Below are positions 1 through 11,472 of a DNA stretch of 18,327 nucleotides, one piece after another. The position numbers and the translations under genes were made by a program. The notes beneath the pieces are model-generated. The model saw only the letters and a list, made by a program, of their open reading frames with translations. It was not told where the DNA came from and made no database searches. Source of the stretch: Ginkgo biloba (lineage: Eukaryota > Plantae > Ginkgophyta); assembly GCA_024626585.2 (NCBI GenBank), contig JANKJI020000004.1:125469197-125487523 (forward strand), read 5' to 3'. The stretch's first letter is position 1; each line of letters opens with the position of its first letter.

Positions 1-917
1 GAAGGAATTTACATATAATCATGTGATGAAGCTGGTCATATGGTTGACTTGTGGAGGGTTCATCTGAGCTTGACATGCCTGGCTGAAAAGTCTAGTGCAA
101 GGATGGCACTCCCATACACCTTGCGAACATGAACATATGAAAGCATGCTAGTCAGTGTTTAGCTAGAGGCCTCAAGGAAACCATTACATTACAATAAAAT
201 TTATAGAAAACCTCATCCAACTTCAACATAAATATTAGAGGTGAATTGCTCTGAAAACAACCCTTGCCCACACCAAACGTGTAAGCCAACAAGGGATAAC
301 ATTGAATACAAACTCAAGGTCTATAGAGGTCTTGCTATGTGAACATAATTAACAAGTTCTTCTTGCTAAACAACCAAGCAATGGTAGGTCTCGCACAAGA
401 GGAAGAAGCAGACCTTACGACACTCCCGTATGAGTAATTGCAAACCTTGGCGCAAAATGCACACCTAACTGAAGAAAGCACCTACTCCATGGCCATCCTT
501 CCACATTGCAGTCTTTGTGTTTGCAACAAGGGTCCTTTAGAGGGTTGAGAATGCTCCAAATTTAGTGGATGAGGATCTCCCTTAGTAGCACTTGATATCA
601 TATTTTGGAACAATTGGAGGTTGGTGATTCAAAACCACTCATGAGTGTTACATGTTCCCCAAGTCAATTTGCAAACCTTCTATCATGCTTAGTAAATAGA
701 TTAGCAAAAAAACAAATGTATAAACCTACTCTAGGATGGGATGCACTTGTTGGCTCCAAAAGTCTAATGACATTGTAAAATAGGAAGGTGGCTTATGTGC
801 TAGAGGATCCTTCAACATCCACCTAGGAATGGTGTCGAATAAAATGTCATTGTTGCCTCCCTCATATCAACTATGTGAGACCTCACCCTGTATACATAAG
901 AGCCCTTGTAGTAGCAT

Positions 918-1135
918 TATATGGGATCCACTCAAATTATTGTAGCTTTGCACTTGATCCATTCGAGCAACCTGTGGTTTATGGGAATCCATCCTCCACA
1001 TAGTTCATCCAACTTAGCCATCTAGGCNNNNNNNNNNTATACGAGATCCACTCATGCTATTGTAGCTCCATGCATGACTCACTTGAATTACTTGTGTTTT
1101 TGGGAATTTGTCCCTAAATTTTCACCAACCCTTCT
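918..1135. repeat. Diverged direct repeat, 2 copies of about 100-120 bp
   Basis: tatatgggatccactcaaattattgtagct...tgtggtttatgggaat (from 918) versus tatacgagatccactcatgctattgtagct...tgtgtttttgggaat (from 1038). A 10-N gap separates them. Confidence 0.75.
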
Positions 1136-2781
1136 TTACTATATGAACTAAGGACTAGAAACTAATCCTAGTTAGTAGGAGGGAGGCACGAACCAATAAA
1201 TTGGGCAATAGCCAAAGATACTTGCATGTCATAGTAGAAGATCCTACGTAAGGAAAAAGTTGAGCATAAAATCAACTTAATTACTCTTAAGCTAGATAGN
1301 NNNNNNNNNNNNNNNNNNNNNNNNNNNNNNNNNNNNNNNNNNNNNNNNNNNNNNNNNNNNNNNNNNNNNNNNNNNNNNNNNNNNNNNNNNNNNNNNNNNA
1401 CAATTTTGAGTAGTGAGCAATAAAGATATTGAAACAATATTAAAGAATAACAAAAGAATATAACATCAATAAATAGAATAATATAGAATCAACCTCCTAA
1501 TTATATAGAAAATATTACTCCAATAAGACATATAAGGTAATAAGGCAATGCCCTAAAGTGAGAGGTTACATCAATAAAAATAATTATGAGGGACTAGGGA
1601 ACCTAAAGGTATTTAGATTAGATATGGACACAAAAAAAATAAATAGAGTATGATGATGTGTGAGAGTCATACTAATATGGAGGAATCATGATAATAGTTG
1701 AAATGGTTGTGATGTTGCTGGAGAATTTTACTCTTAACTTAATTCTTATCCTTTTTTCTTGATCCACCGAGGCGATAAACAAGACTAAAGAATGGGGCAA
1801 ATGGCATGTATTCTCCCATTACTTAAACTAAGTTTCTGTTGCCTTTTGTAGCAAGAATTGAATTTTGGAGGTTGCATTCTCTAAATGATGTATCTTTTGC
1901 CTAAGGCAATAAATGATTTGCTGAAGACAATGCTTTTTGGTCATACCCTCAAAGTTAAAGAACTCCTGTATTTGAGACCAATTCATTGTTTTGTCAACTT
2001 TATTAGCAAAAATTTGAATTGTTGCAAATTTTTTGGGCAGCAAGTTGTTGAATGTTGTGAGCCTCCATTGACTCATATTGCCGATGTTGTTGTGCAACTC
2101 TTTGCTCATTTTGATGTTTAATATTAAATATGGAAGCTATAAATTAAGATATATGATAATGTATTTTGGTGAATTTCATAATTTTTTTTGAATTATTTGG
2201 ACATGGACTGTATATTGGTGAAATATTTTTACCCATTGAACTTGAATTGAAATTCAAATCAGTGAAAAATCTTATGAGCTATTTATTCCAATTTTACAAA
2301 GTCAATTCTCCAATAAGCAACGTTCCCCTAAAATATTTGTCACTATTTTCAACATTTTTGCAAAATCTTACTATATTTAACAAATTCTACATGACTTGGT
2401 ATTAGATCTTTTTTTTTTAGTTGCAAAAATATATTTTCATTTCTTTACAAGATGGGCAGAATTACATTCAAATTACAACAAAAGTTGGCCAGTAATGAGG
2501 CATGCTCGCNNNNNNNNNNNNNNNNNNNNNNNNNNNNNNNNNNNNNNNNNNNNNNNNNNNNNNNNNNNNNNNNNNNNNNNNNNNNNNNNNNNNNNNNNNN
2601 NNNNNNNNNNNNNNNNNNNNNNNNNNNNNNNNNNNNNNNNNNNNNNNNNNNNNNNNNNNNNNNAACCCTATAGGCCATAGAACTCGACTTGAGTCAGACT
2701 TGTGGAACCCTACACTAGGGGAGACAAAATATCACACATGAAAACTTAAGTTTAAAACCCAACAACAAATCCTGAAAAAAA

Positions 2782-2791
2782 TCCGATACCA
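2782..2791 (-). other. Primer-binding site complementary to the tRNA-iMet 3' end (TGGTATCGGA)
   Basis: The + strand tccgatacca reads TGGTATCGGA on the minus strand, one mismatch from canonical TGGTATCAGA, and abuts the LTR terminal CA. Confidence 0.7.
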
Positions 2792-3364
2792 TGTAGGGAG
2801 GCGGAGTACAAAATGAATAAAAAACAAAACCCTAGGGCTACCACGCATGTCACCTAGAGTTTAATCACAAGCATCACTAAGCGGGCCAAACCCAACATAA
2901 CCCAGGGCACTCGAACCATGAGATCTAGGCTACGTAGAAAACCAACAACACAAGCCATGAAATTGTATGCAACCGACCATAATAGAAGGAACAACCCCGC
3001 AAGCACCTCTGCAAACAACGACTGCTCACAGGAAGAGACGCAGACTTGGACAAACAAGAATCTACACTTGCGAACTTGAGCAAAAAAGAATCTTCGAATC
3101 ACGTGCAAAGCCACCCACAACGTCCTTCCAACGAACTAGGTCTTCAAAACATGACCTGCAAACAGAAATAGAGTTGAAAACCAACGATTGTGTCCATGCT
3201 ATTATCCATATGCAACTCCCTCTAAGACGTAGCACGTCTTCCCCCTGCATGTTGCGAGACCAATGCCTCCACTGGCATGTGATTCGAGCCCTAGCGGGCT
3301 AAGGGCAGAGAAGGAGAGTTGTCACGAAGGAGGAATTCCTTTGATGGAACCCTAGCATACCACA
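2792..3364 (-). mobile_element. LTR (~570 bp) of a minus-strand LTR retrotransposon
   Basis: On the minus strand it starts TG (TGTGGTATG at 3364, or TGATGTGG at 3367) and ends ...CCCTACA at 2792. It is directly followed by a PBS and preceded by a G-rich PPT. It is more GC-rich than the flanks. Confidence 0.65.
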
Positions 3365-3367
3365 TCA

Positions 3368-3379
3368 GGTCCCCCCCTA
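3368..3379 (-). other. Polypurine tract candidate (AGGGGGGGA) just upstream of the LTR
   Basis: The + strand ggtcccccccta reads TAGGGGGGGACC on the minus strand, 0-3 nt before the LTR TG. Confidence 0.5.
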
Positions 3380-4049
3380 AAAAACACCCAACAATAGTTC
3401 TTTTTAAGTTTATTTTAGTTGGAAAGATGATTCTATTGGACAGAAAGAATTACATACAACTCAAAAAAGGGAGTGATTGGGGTCCACCAACAACTATCTA
3501 TCTTTCTCTTGCCTTTATTGATTCTAAACTGCTAGTTGTCACTAGCCACTACAGTAAGAAAAAAATGCCCCTCGAATAAAATGGCAGCCCATCGGAGTCC
3601 AAAAATATCAAACACCGTTCAAACACAATAATAAGCACAACTTGCCCACCCCAAACAAAGCAAAAGCAATAAGAAACTCATTCAACAAGATCAAGCTTTG
3701 TATTGGTTGTGGGGGATCCCCCAAATCACCACAATGGCAGACCTATCTCCATTTGTAGGGTTAAAGGCCTATCCACTTGTTCAATAGAGGCTCACCCACT
3801 TGGTTGGCCAACATCTTGATTAGTACTAGAAATAGTATGAAATTTATCACTTTTTTGCTTAAGCCAAGGAGAAGTCAGTCCATTGGAGCCTTCACCCTTG
3901 CCTCTGTGCTTGGACTCAGATAAAAAACTCTCAACCTCATTGTGGGGTTGCTCTTCTAGTCATGTAAGGAGTTGAAGCCTAATAATCCAGAAGTCTCTGC
4001 AAATGATTCATCACCAATTGGACATTTTGGACCTAGGCTCTGATTTGCA

Positions 4050-5170
4050 AATAACAATTGTTATACACAAATTTTCATTTAAGAACTAAACTAAGCTAAC
4101 AGAGTTGCATGAACAGAAGTACTTCATATTTGTGTTTCTACATGCAAAAAAGGATCTCAATCTTAAGAAGCAACCATGCTCTATAAAAGATAATAGGCCA
4201 AAGTTTGATATCTCCAAGCAGAATTTGGAGGGCCATAAATTAGAGATTTGGTGAAGGCCTCAACCTAGGCCTAGGATGACTTGGCAATGGAACACAACCA
4301 AAATAGGTGCAATATAGTTTCTTCTTTACTACAAGGGGCAGGTAAGCTCGTTACCCACCATTTTGCATATCTTTAGTAGCCACCCCTTGGTGCAGGATTG
4401 ACTAGGCGAAAAAAGGTCTTTTTAGGCTCATTAGGAGTTGATGAAATCATCTTAAATCTTTGCCTCCATTTATGTATAGGTGTAGTGTAGTGCCATCTTT
4501 TGTTTACCCTTTCATTAAGGGAAGAATGAGAAGGAGATTTTAAAAGCTTGTACATGTGGGCAACAATAAAGGAAGTAAGCTTCTTTGATTGGTTCCAAGC
4601 CCGATCATTCCACCACTTATCATAGTACTTCCTAGCCATTTTGGCAATGATATGATTTTCTATCCTTCCTCTAGCTCCATCAAGAATGATCCTATTGGAG
4701 TTTTTGAGGTTATGGGTCTTTTTAAGCTCTTATTAGTTGGCCCAATCATGTCGCTAATAATCATATAGGTCAACAACGATGGCTAAGTGTTTTTGGCGAG
4801 TCTCTTGGCATGAAAGCAAGGATCTTCCCTAAGATGTTGTCCCTCCTTAGTGACAATTGAGGACCACCAAATAGAGGTTTGACTCGTAGAATGACTGTCC
4901 GTAGTTTGATCTCCTATCCATTTGATGAAGGGACTGCATCTTTCCCAAGATAAGCAAATACTTTTGGCAACAAGAGAGCCTTGACCTTGAGGAGCAAGGA
5001 GCCAACAAGGCATTATGAATAGCTAGACTAGGAATGCCATGAGATACATTATACCTTAACAAAACTTTCTAGTTTTCATCCCTCTTTATTACACTGACTA
5101 GCCATTTAGCACATAGAGTAGTGCCTTGCTTTTGGATATCAATCATCCTCAATCCCCCTAGCTTTTGCAA
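4050..5170 (-). pseudogene. LINE ORF2 C-terminal region with zf-RVT zinc finger
   Basis: 'LQKLGGLRMIDIQKQGTTLCAKWL' (PK..GGLG..D motif) and the frameshifted finger 'TCP/CSKEETILHLFWLCSIAKSS*' at 4340-4270. In-frame TAG stops occur where Trp is expected. Confidence 0.85.
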
Positions 5171-5171
5171 C

Positions 5172-5606
5172 TTATTTCCCATTTTCTTGGGTCTGTATGC
5201 GTCTGTCTGTGGGCTTCTTTTCCGGATGTAATATCCAATAGTTCTTTGTTATATAACCCTTTCGCCGACACGCTTCGCAGTATAGTCTTCCTCGCTTGAC
5301 TTATCTGTGCTTGGGTCCTTGCTCTGCTACTCCAACAGTCTTCTTTCTATCTGGTTTGTCAATTTCTTTGTGGCAGTTTTGAAGCACTGTTTCTTTTGAA
5401 ATTTGGAATGATTGGATGGAGCTCTCCACTTCCTTTGCTTTCGCTAGCTTCGCTTTGTGGTAAGCTTCTTCAAGAGTCTTGATGTCAAACATCTCTAGCT
5501 CTTTCTATATATGTGTGAGCAAACCACTTATGAACTTCAAGACCAATTTTGTCTTCTTCATCAACAATTTTTACTATGATGGCAAATTGGTTAAATTCCT
5601 CAGTTT
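5172..5606 (-). mobile_element. Ty3/gypsy gag fragment (capsid C-terminal part plus degenerate zinc knuckle) lying inside the LINE
   Basis: Minus-strand 'TEEFNQFAIIVKIVDEED/KLVLKFISGLLTHI*KELEMFDIKTLEEAYHKAKLA' fits the retrotransposon gag pattern (EEF...KF..GL...I..EL....TL.EA). It is followed by 'LYCEACRRKGYITKNYWILHPEKKP...QENGK*', a CX2CX4HX4C-W.LHP knuckle with H and C changed to Y. Stop at 5174-5172; the 5' end runs into the gap at 5607. Confidence 0.8.
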
Positions 5607-6100
5607 NNNNNNNNNNNNNNNNNNNNNNNNNNNNNNNNNNNNNNNNNNNNNNNNNNNNNNNNNNNNNNNNNNNNNNNNNNNNNNNNNNNNNNNNNNNNNN
5701 NNNNNNATTTGATCTTGCCTTCTCTTGGGTACTGAGAAAAGCTATCTTAGAAGTTTGTGGAGCCTAACACATGGGGCACTAGAGGGATGCCAAGAACAGT
5801 AGTACACATGAGTTCCTTCAAGCACCTTGGAACTTATTTGGAATTTAGGAGCCAAACTCATAGTCTCAGTATTATAATAACCAAGCTTTGCCTATTTCTC
5901 CCTACGGTGTGGTTGCACATTTAAGAAAGAGAAGGTTGAAAACCTAAGGGAAAGCCCAAAATTCTGAANNNNNNNNNNNNNNNNNNNNNNNNNNNNNNNN
6001 NNNNNNNNNNNNNNNNNNNNNNNNNNNNNNNNNNNNNNNNNNNNNNNNNNNNNNNNNNNNNNNNNNNNNNNNNNNNNNNNNNNNNNNNNNNNNNNNNNNN

Positions 6101-7035
6101 ACTTTCATGATTTGCTCAATGACTACTCTTTGTAATCTAACAATGAGAAAGGATTCAATGGTAAATTGACCATTAATGAGTTGATTGTCGAACTCAGGTA
6201 GTGCGATTCCTGGACTAGGTCCAAATTGACCCTATATTCAAACAGATAGCCAAAGGCATCAAGAGCTAACATACATATAAAGGGCCAATAATCTACTTTT
6301 CCTAATAAACATTAAAAGGCCACATTTACTAGAAGAGACTCCACTAATACTTATGCAAACTTGGGCATCAACAAACAAAGTAGACACAGAGTAGACAAAG
6401 AAGGGGCCAAACCCAAGAGCTTTGAGCATAGCTAGTATGAAAGGCCATTCGACTTTGTCATAGGCTTTTTCAAAATTAGCTTGCTCCATCCCTTCACGAC
6501 TTGCCATTAGATTGTCTAGAATGTATTAGCGTCCACAAAACCCTATTTGCTTAGGCCTTACAACCCTTTGAAGGATGCCCTTGAATTTTTTGGCTAGGGC
6601 CTTAGATAAGATTTTTTAGGCCCCATTCAAGAGGGTGATAGCTCTTCAGTTGGCAATAATCTTGGGGTCACCACCTTTGGTTATAAGCTTAATATTGTCG
6701 TGATTGATTAGTTGTCCTAATGAGCCCCCTTTTAAAGCTTCAAGACCCTTAGGATGGCATGGCCAATAAAATTGCAAGTGGCTTTATAGAATTCACAAGG
6801 TAATCCATCAATTGTAGGGGCGTTATTATTAGCCACTAAATCCAGGGTGATTTGAAGTTCATTTAGGGAAAGGGTTCCCTCATAATTGTAATAATCAGTG
6901 TCATCATTGTTTTGGGCACTACCTAGAGGCATCACTTGGCTCTTGAGCAACAAACATATTCTTGTAATTGGACACAAATTCGTTTAGAATTTCTCCTTTA
7001 TTGGTAAGCCTGCATCTGTTAGTCACCAAGGCTCT
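6101..7035 (-). pseudogene. LINE reverse transcriptase domain remnant
   Basis: The RT motifs above, including ORFs 6732-6977 and 6259-6507. The catalytic (Y/F)ADD position reads 'INGQFTIESFL' (FTIE at 6165-6154), so it is destroyed. Confidence 0.88.
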
Positions 7036-7932
7036 NNNNNNNNNNNNNNNNNNNNNNNNNNNNNNNNNNNNNNNNNNNNNNNNNNNNNNNNNNNNNNNNN
7101 NNNNNNNNNNNNNNNNNNNNNNNNNNNNNNNNNNNNNNNNNNNNNNNNNNNNNNNNNNNNNNNNNNNNNNNNNNNNNNNNNNNNNNNNNNNNNNNNNNNN
7201 NNNNNNNNNNNNNNNNNNNNNNNNNNNNNNNNNNNNNNNNNNNNNNNNNNNNNNNNNNNNNNNNNNNNNNNNNNNNNNNNNNNNNNNNNNNNNNNNNNNN
7301 NNNNNNNNNNNNNNNNNNNNNNNNNNNNNNNNNNNNNNNNNNNNNNNNNNNNNNNNNNNNNNNNNNNNNNNNNNNNNNNNNNNNNNNNNNNNNNNNNNNN
7401 NNNNNNNNNNNNNNNNNNNNNNNNNNNNNNNNNNNNNNNNNNNNNNNNNNNNNNNNNNNNNNNNNNNNNNNNNNNNNNNNNNNNNNNNNNNNNNNNNNNN
7501 NNNNNNNNNNNNNNNNNNNNNNNNNNNNNNNNNNNNNNNNNNNNNNNNNNNNNNNNNNNNNNNNNNNNNNNNNNNNNNNNNNNNNNNNNNNNNNNNNNNN
7601 NNNNNNNNNNNNNNNNNNNNNNNNNNNNNNNNNNNNNNNNNNNNNNNNNNNNNNNNNNNNNNNNNNNNNNNNNNNNNNNNNNNNNNNNNNNNNNNNNNNN
7701 NNNNNNNNNNNNNNNNNNNNNNNNNNNNNNNNNNNNNNNNNNNNNNNNNNNNNNNNNNNNNNNNNNNNNNNNNNNNNNNNNNNNNNNNNNNNNNNNNNNN
7801 NNNNNNNNNNNNNNNNNNNNNNNNNNNNNNNNNNNNNNNNNNNNNNNNNNNNNNNNNNNNNNNNNNNNNNNNNNNNNNNNNNNNNNNNNNNNNNNNNNNN
7901 NNNNNNNNNNNNNNNNNNNNNNNNNNNNNNNN
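7036..7932. other. Largest assembly gap; the others are 1028-1037, 1300-1400, 2510-2663, 5607-5706, 5969-6100, 9420-9519, 11777-11876, 13472-13571, 14674-15226 and 16440-16539
   Basis: Runs of N. Confidence 0.99.
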
Positions 7933-8030
7933 TAACCAATTCCACAGTTTGACTCTTTCTTAGGGTAGATTACATAAATATTTGCAACACCAAGAAGTTG
8001 ATCATTAACATTCAGACCACACCATACCAT
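7933..8030 (-). pseudogene. LINE apurinic-like endonuclease domain fragment
   Basis: 'VWCGLNVNDQLLGVANIY' resembles the L1 EN '...I.NIYAPN' strand. It lies upstream of the RT on the same strand at a plausible distance across the 7036-7932 gap. Confidence 0.65.
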
Positions 8031-9419
8031 TGTATGCTAGATATTTGGTTCATAAGCAGAAGCATCCGATTGCAATTGTTTTGACAGTTTTCGATCATAA
8101 GAAAAGACAATTATCGATCATAGCCAGTTTTCTAGTTATCAGTCATGACCAATTTTTCAGTTATCAATTACAACAATTTTCTAGTTATTAGTTGTAGCAG
8201 AACTCTAATTACTTGTTGCAAGAAATGACCAAACATAACAAGATTAACATTGTTTGTACAAATGCTAATCAACTATTAAGTAAAAATGCCTAGAGATTGC
8301 AACTATTCAAATCCTCCATTGAAAAGGCACTTTTGTACTCTTTATGTTGTAAGTTGTAAAGTAAAACCATCCATGTTTTATGCAATACTATTTTTGTTAT
8401 TCACCTTTTGTCTCTACATTATTTGTTGTTGATTCTTTCTATATGTTTTCGTAATGTATTCATTGTTGCAATGATTCATCTTCTCCATTATGAATGTCGA
8501 CATCTAGGAGATTTATAATTGTTTCTCCCTCTAAGACATTGGGATGCATTCTTGTTGGTGAGAGCAGCATGATTGCCATCCTTAGTCTCTCAGGGTTGTC
8601 AACTAGATAGCAATTTTTTGCAGAGCTTTATTGGGATGACAAACCAGTAAAACATTGGTTTTGTTGTTGTTTTTGAACTGTGGTCTACTTGAAAAGACGC
8701 CACATTGGATGAATTAACGAAAGCCTTGGTTGTCACGGTAGTTGCACTTTTCTGCTAAACATTGGGATAGCCAAGGATCTTCATCATGCCACTTAAGGAG
8801 TGACTTGAAGCAGATTTGCAAATGGAATGTCGGGAATAATGGAACAATAAGAGTAGTAGAAACTTGCGACGGTTAAGAATACGACTTCCAAAAAGAAGTT
8901 TGACAAAGGTGAAAGCTTGCTTTCCCAAATAGAGGCAAGCAGTAGCACAACCAAGGGATTGGAAAAATGAAAGAGGACAACAATACTTGTGCCGCAAGTG
9001 CCCCCACTAGAGAAAGACGATGTTAGAATTGAATTCAGAATCAAAGGAAGTACACAGACTCTACAGGGAGAAGAAGAAGTAAGCTCGGTGCTGAAAGAAA
9101 AGGATAATGAAGATCCCTTCATTGATAGTGAAAATTGCAAACAAAGTTGGAGTGGTCACCCCCCTCACTAATCAGTAGACATTCTTCAAATAAGTTTGAT
9201 TCTGCTACATGAGATTTGAAACTAGGAAGTCTTTTAGAAAGATCGCCAACTTCGATCACTCCATTCTCTATTCACCGGGATTGGGATCAACTTTGATCAG
9301 ATAAGAATCATCGTTTATTGTAGTCTTTTTTACCACATGTTCGAATCTCTTTATTGGCTCATTAGGATCTTCATCGAACTAATTTGTTAAATTTGTAGTC
9401 TTGATTGTGTTGTTGTAAG
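8031..9419. mobile_element. Probable decayed retroelement inserted into, or truncating, the LINE 5' region
   Basis: LINE EN homology stops at about 8030, where the sequence begins TG(TATG), a possible LTR terminus. A degenerate 25-nt tandem array and LTR-like T-rich sequence follow. No protein domain recognised. Confidence 0.3.
8111..8208. repeat. Degenerate 24-25-nt tandem repeat, about 4 copies
   Basis: ttatcgatcatagccagttttctag / ttatcagtcatgaccaatttttcag / ttatcaattacaacaattttctag / ttattagttgtagcagaactctaa. Confidence 0.75.
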
Positions 9420-9981
9420 NNNNNNNNNNNNNNNNNNNNNNNNNNNNNNNNNNNNNNNNNNNNNNNNNNNNNNNNNNNNNNNNNNNNNNNNNNNNNNNNN
9501 NNNNNNNNNNNNNNNNNNNTATATTATTTAATACATTATTTATTCTTGTAAATTTCATTCATGTAGTTTTAAATGGTAGAATTTATCCTTAATAAGGTAT
9601 AGAATTATTTTTGTGTATTATGGATTGCTTGATTGGATAACATAATATTTGTACCAAGATAATACATACTTCACCATCCTCACTTGATAAACATATTTTT
9701 TTATAGGGCATTGAACCTTTGAGCACCATAGTAGATCTCTAAACGTTAAATTCAATCATCTAAAATTTTATCTCATTAATATTCATATCATAAGAATTTA
9801 TCTCCAATTTGGTATTTATCTTGATTACACTGATCCCTTGCACAAAACTTATACACAAGTAATATTAACTTATTAAATGATATGCAGTCATAGTTTTCAT
9901 AGTAATGAGTTGTGTTATTTAGCAAGATTGTGTGTATTGCTGCAGTGAATTTTATTTAAATCCAATTATATAATTGACCAG

Positions 9982-10037
9982 GTTGGTGTTCCTGAGAGTG
10001 GGATAGAGGATGCTGTTCAGAAGCTGCTAGCACGCGG
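9982..10037 (+). CDS. MSH7: MSH7 (plant MutS homolog, MSH6-like) internal exon, MutS domain I: VGVPESGIEDAVQKLLAR(G)
   Basis: Acceptor ...gaccAG at 9980-9981 and donor GTGAG at 10038; 56 nt, phase 0 to phase 2. The translation closely matches the plant MSH7 segment as I recall it (VGISESGIDEAVQKLLARGYKVGRIEQ). Confidence 0.92.
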
Positions 10038-10135
10038 GTGAGATTCTGTCATGCCTGTTATACAGTCTTCTAAGCATGGATTGTGACTTCTTACTTTCGA
10101 TGATTTTTGTAATATGGAGCTTGTGTTTACAATAG

Positions 10136-10205
10136 CTACAAAGTTGGGAGGATGGAACAGATTGAAACTGCAGAACGGGCAAAGGCTGAAAGAGGTTCAG
10201 GAGCT
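10136..10205 (+). CDS. MSH7: MSH7 internal exon: (G)YKVGRMEQIETAERAKAERGSGA
   Basis: Acceptor aatAG at 10134-10135 and donor GTGAGT at 10206; 70 nt. The first base completes the split Gly codon (GG|C). GYKVGRxEQxET is the MSH6/MSH7 domain I motif. The upstream intron is 98 nt. Confidence 0.92.
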
Positions 10206-10612
10206 GTGAGTATCATAGGATCTTGTGCTTGGATTAACTTTCCTTGTCTTGACGAAGAATATTGTGCTCTATTATGGTAGAAGCTATATCTATAGATATA
10301 TTCATTGCATAATGAATTTGATGTAATTACTAGGGGGTCTTGACTATGATGTAAATGAGTTACATGCTGTTGTCTCCTTGTGATGTGTTCAATAACACTG
10401 CCTTGTGACATTAAGTTTCCATAATTGGATGCTCTTCCACAATGATTGTTAATGTGGTTTGTTTGTTCTGAATGACCTTGATTCACAAGACTAGTGTCTA
10501 CATGTTTTGCTTGAGAATAGCTGTTGAAGGAGCTTCAAAAAGCCACAATGGTGCAAGATTATTGTTGAAAATGATTCTTTCTGGTTGCTTAATCAGTTAA
10601 GTATCAATGCAG

Positions 10613-10708
10613 ACGGTTCAACGGAGGCTAGTTCATGTTTCAACACCATCTACAGCTATGGATGACAACCTAAAGCCTGAGGCTGTTCATCTTATTGCCT
10701 TGAAAGAG
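10613..10708 (+). CDS. MSH7: MSH7 internal exon: TVQRRLVHVSTPSTAMDDNLKPEAVHLIALKE
   Basis: Acceptor tgcAG at 10611-10612 and donor GTAGG at 10709; 96 nt, phase 0 to 0, in frame with the previous exon. Matches plant MSH7 'RKLVQVLTPSTASEGNIGPDAVHLLAIKE' as recalled. The upstream intron is 407 nt. Confidence 0.9.
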
Positions 10709-11472
10709 GTAGGCATTTGATGTTCATCCATTTCTTTTTTTTTTTTTAATCTCTTTATACCATGATTGCTTTATTATTTTGATGCCTTTTTCTATTACCA
10801 GGAATATGATAATATATCACCCTCCTTTATTTGCATAACATAAAAAAATGGGTGGGGCCTTTTACTTCCATATCGCCAATTTTTCAAGTCAATGCCAATT
10901 TGATTTTAGAAAAACAGAATTACTTTTTGAATGCCAGTGTTTATTCTACTAGTTAGACAAGCCCGGTAAGCATCACTAGAGGACCTATTGCTGCCTTATA
11001 TACAAATAAAAAATACAAAATGGTCAGCTTGCAACTATGTTAGATGGAGAGTTGGACAAAGAAATGACAAGCCTAAAATAACCAGGAATTCATGGAGCTT
11101 AAATTAGTGTCTAAGGTGCAGTGGAAGTCGCTTAAAATCTGGGCTGAATTTGTGTGCATGGACTAGAAGTTGCTAGAAACAAGTGAAAAGTAACCTTTCA
11201 CAGTTAGGGTGTTGGAAGTGCCATGAAAGCTTTGCCAAAAAGACTGAATTTGGAATTTGGTTTGAGGGCGTGGGAAGCAGCTGGCAGGTTGTGATCCTGT
11301 TTGAGTCACTTGAACCACAAGAGTGGTTTTGGCTGCACTCCAACCTAACGATTTCTTTTGCAACAAAGGTTAGCATATATAGTGTCTCTTATAATAAATC
11401 GCTGTAGATAGACACTGATTAATTGAACTAAGGTAGAGTTTGAAAGAATTATCTCAAAGTTGGTGAACATTT

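Larger units (their letters stand above)
3431..8030 (-). mobile_element. Decayed L1-clade LINE (ORF2: endonuclease, RT, zf-RVT, then 3'UTR), antisense within the MSH7 intron; interrupted by gaps and a gag fragment
   Basis: ORF2 motifs occur in the correct order on the minus strand: EN 'VWCGLNVNDQLLGVANIY' (~8027-7974); 'NAPTIDGLPCEFYK', 'IKLI.KGGDPK..N*RAITLLNG..KILSKALA' and 'FEKAYDKVEWPFI' (7035-6400); 'FRILGFPLG' (~5966-5940); 'LGGLRMIDIQKQ...CAKWL' (~5165-5098); CCHC finger (4340-4289). Many stops and frameshifts. The 3' end near 3431 is approximate because no clear poly(A) survives. Confidence 0.9.

Noticed and set aside
8-54. Zinc-knuckle-like 'SCDEAGHMVDLW' at the window start
   Set aside because: Two of the four ligands are missing, a stop precedes it, and there is no supporting context. 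At most a TE relic.
1828-2509. Overlapping short ORFs, possible DNA-transposon end
   Set aside because: No recognisable protein motif, and no TIR or TSD can be defined because gaps flank the region.
6968-8030. Long 300+ aa ORFs in the ORF track (also those at 14632-15264, 2396-2741, 1168-1437)
   Set aside because: They are open only because they span N runs.
8111-8208. Possible CRISPR array
   Set aside because: The units are contiguous, degenerate tandem copies without unique spacers.
10136-10486. 116-aa antisense ORF overlapping an MSH7 exon
   Set aside because: No recognisable homology; it spans intron and exon, and the + strand spliced frame explains the region.
11163-11407. Short ORFs as a candidate next MSH7 exon
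   Set aside because: None contains the expected GFAFVD..A..F.VG motif.
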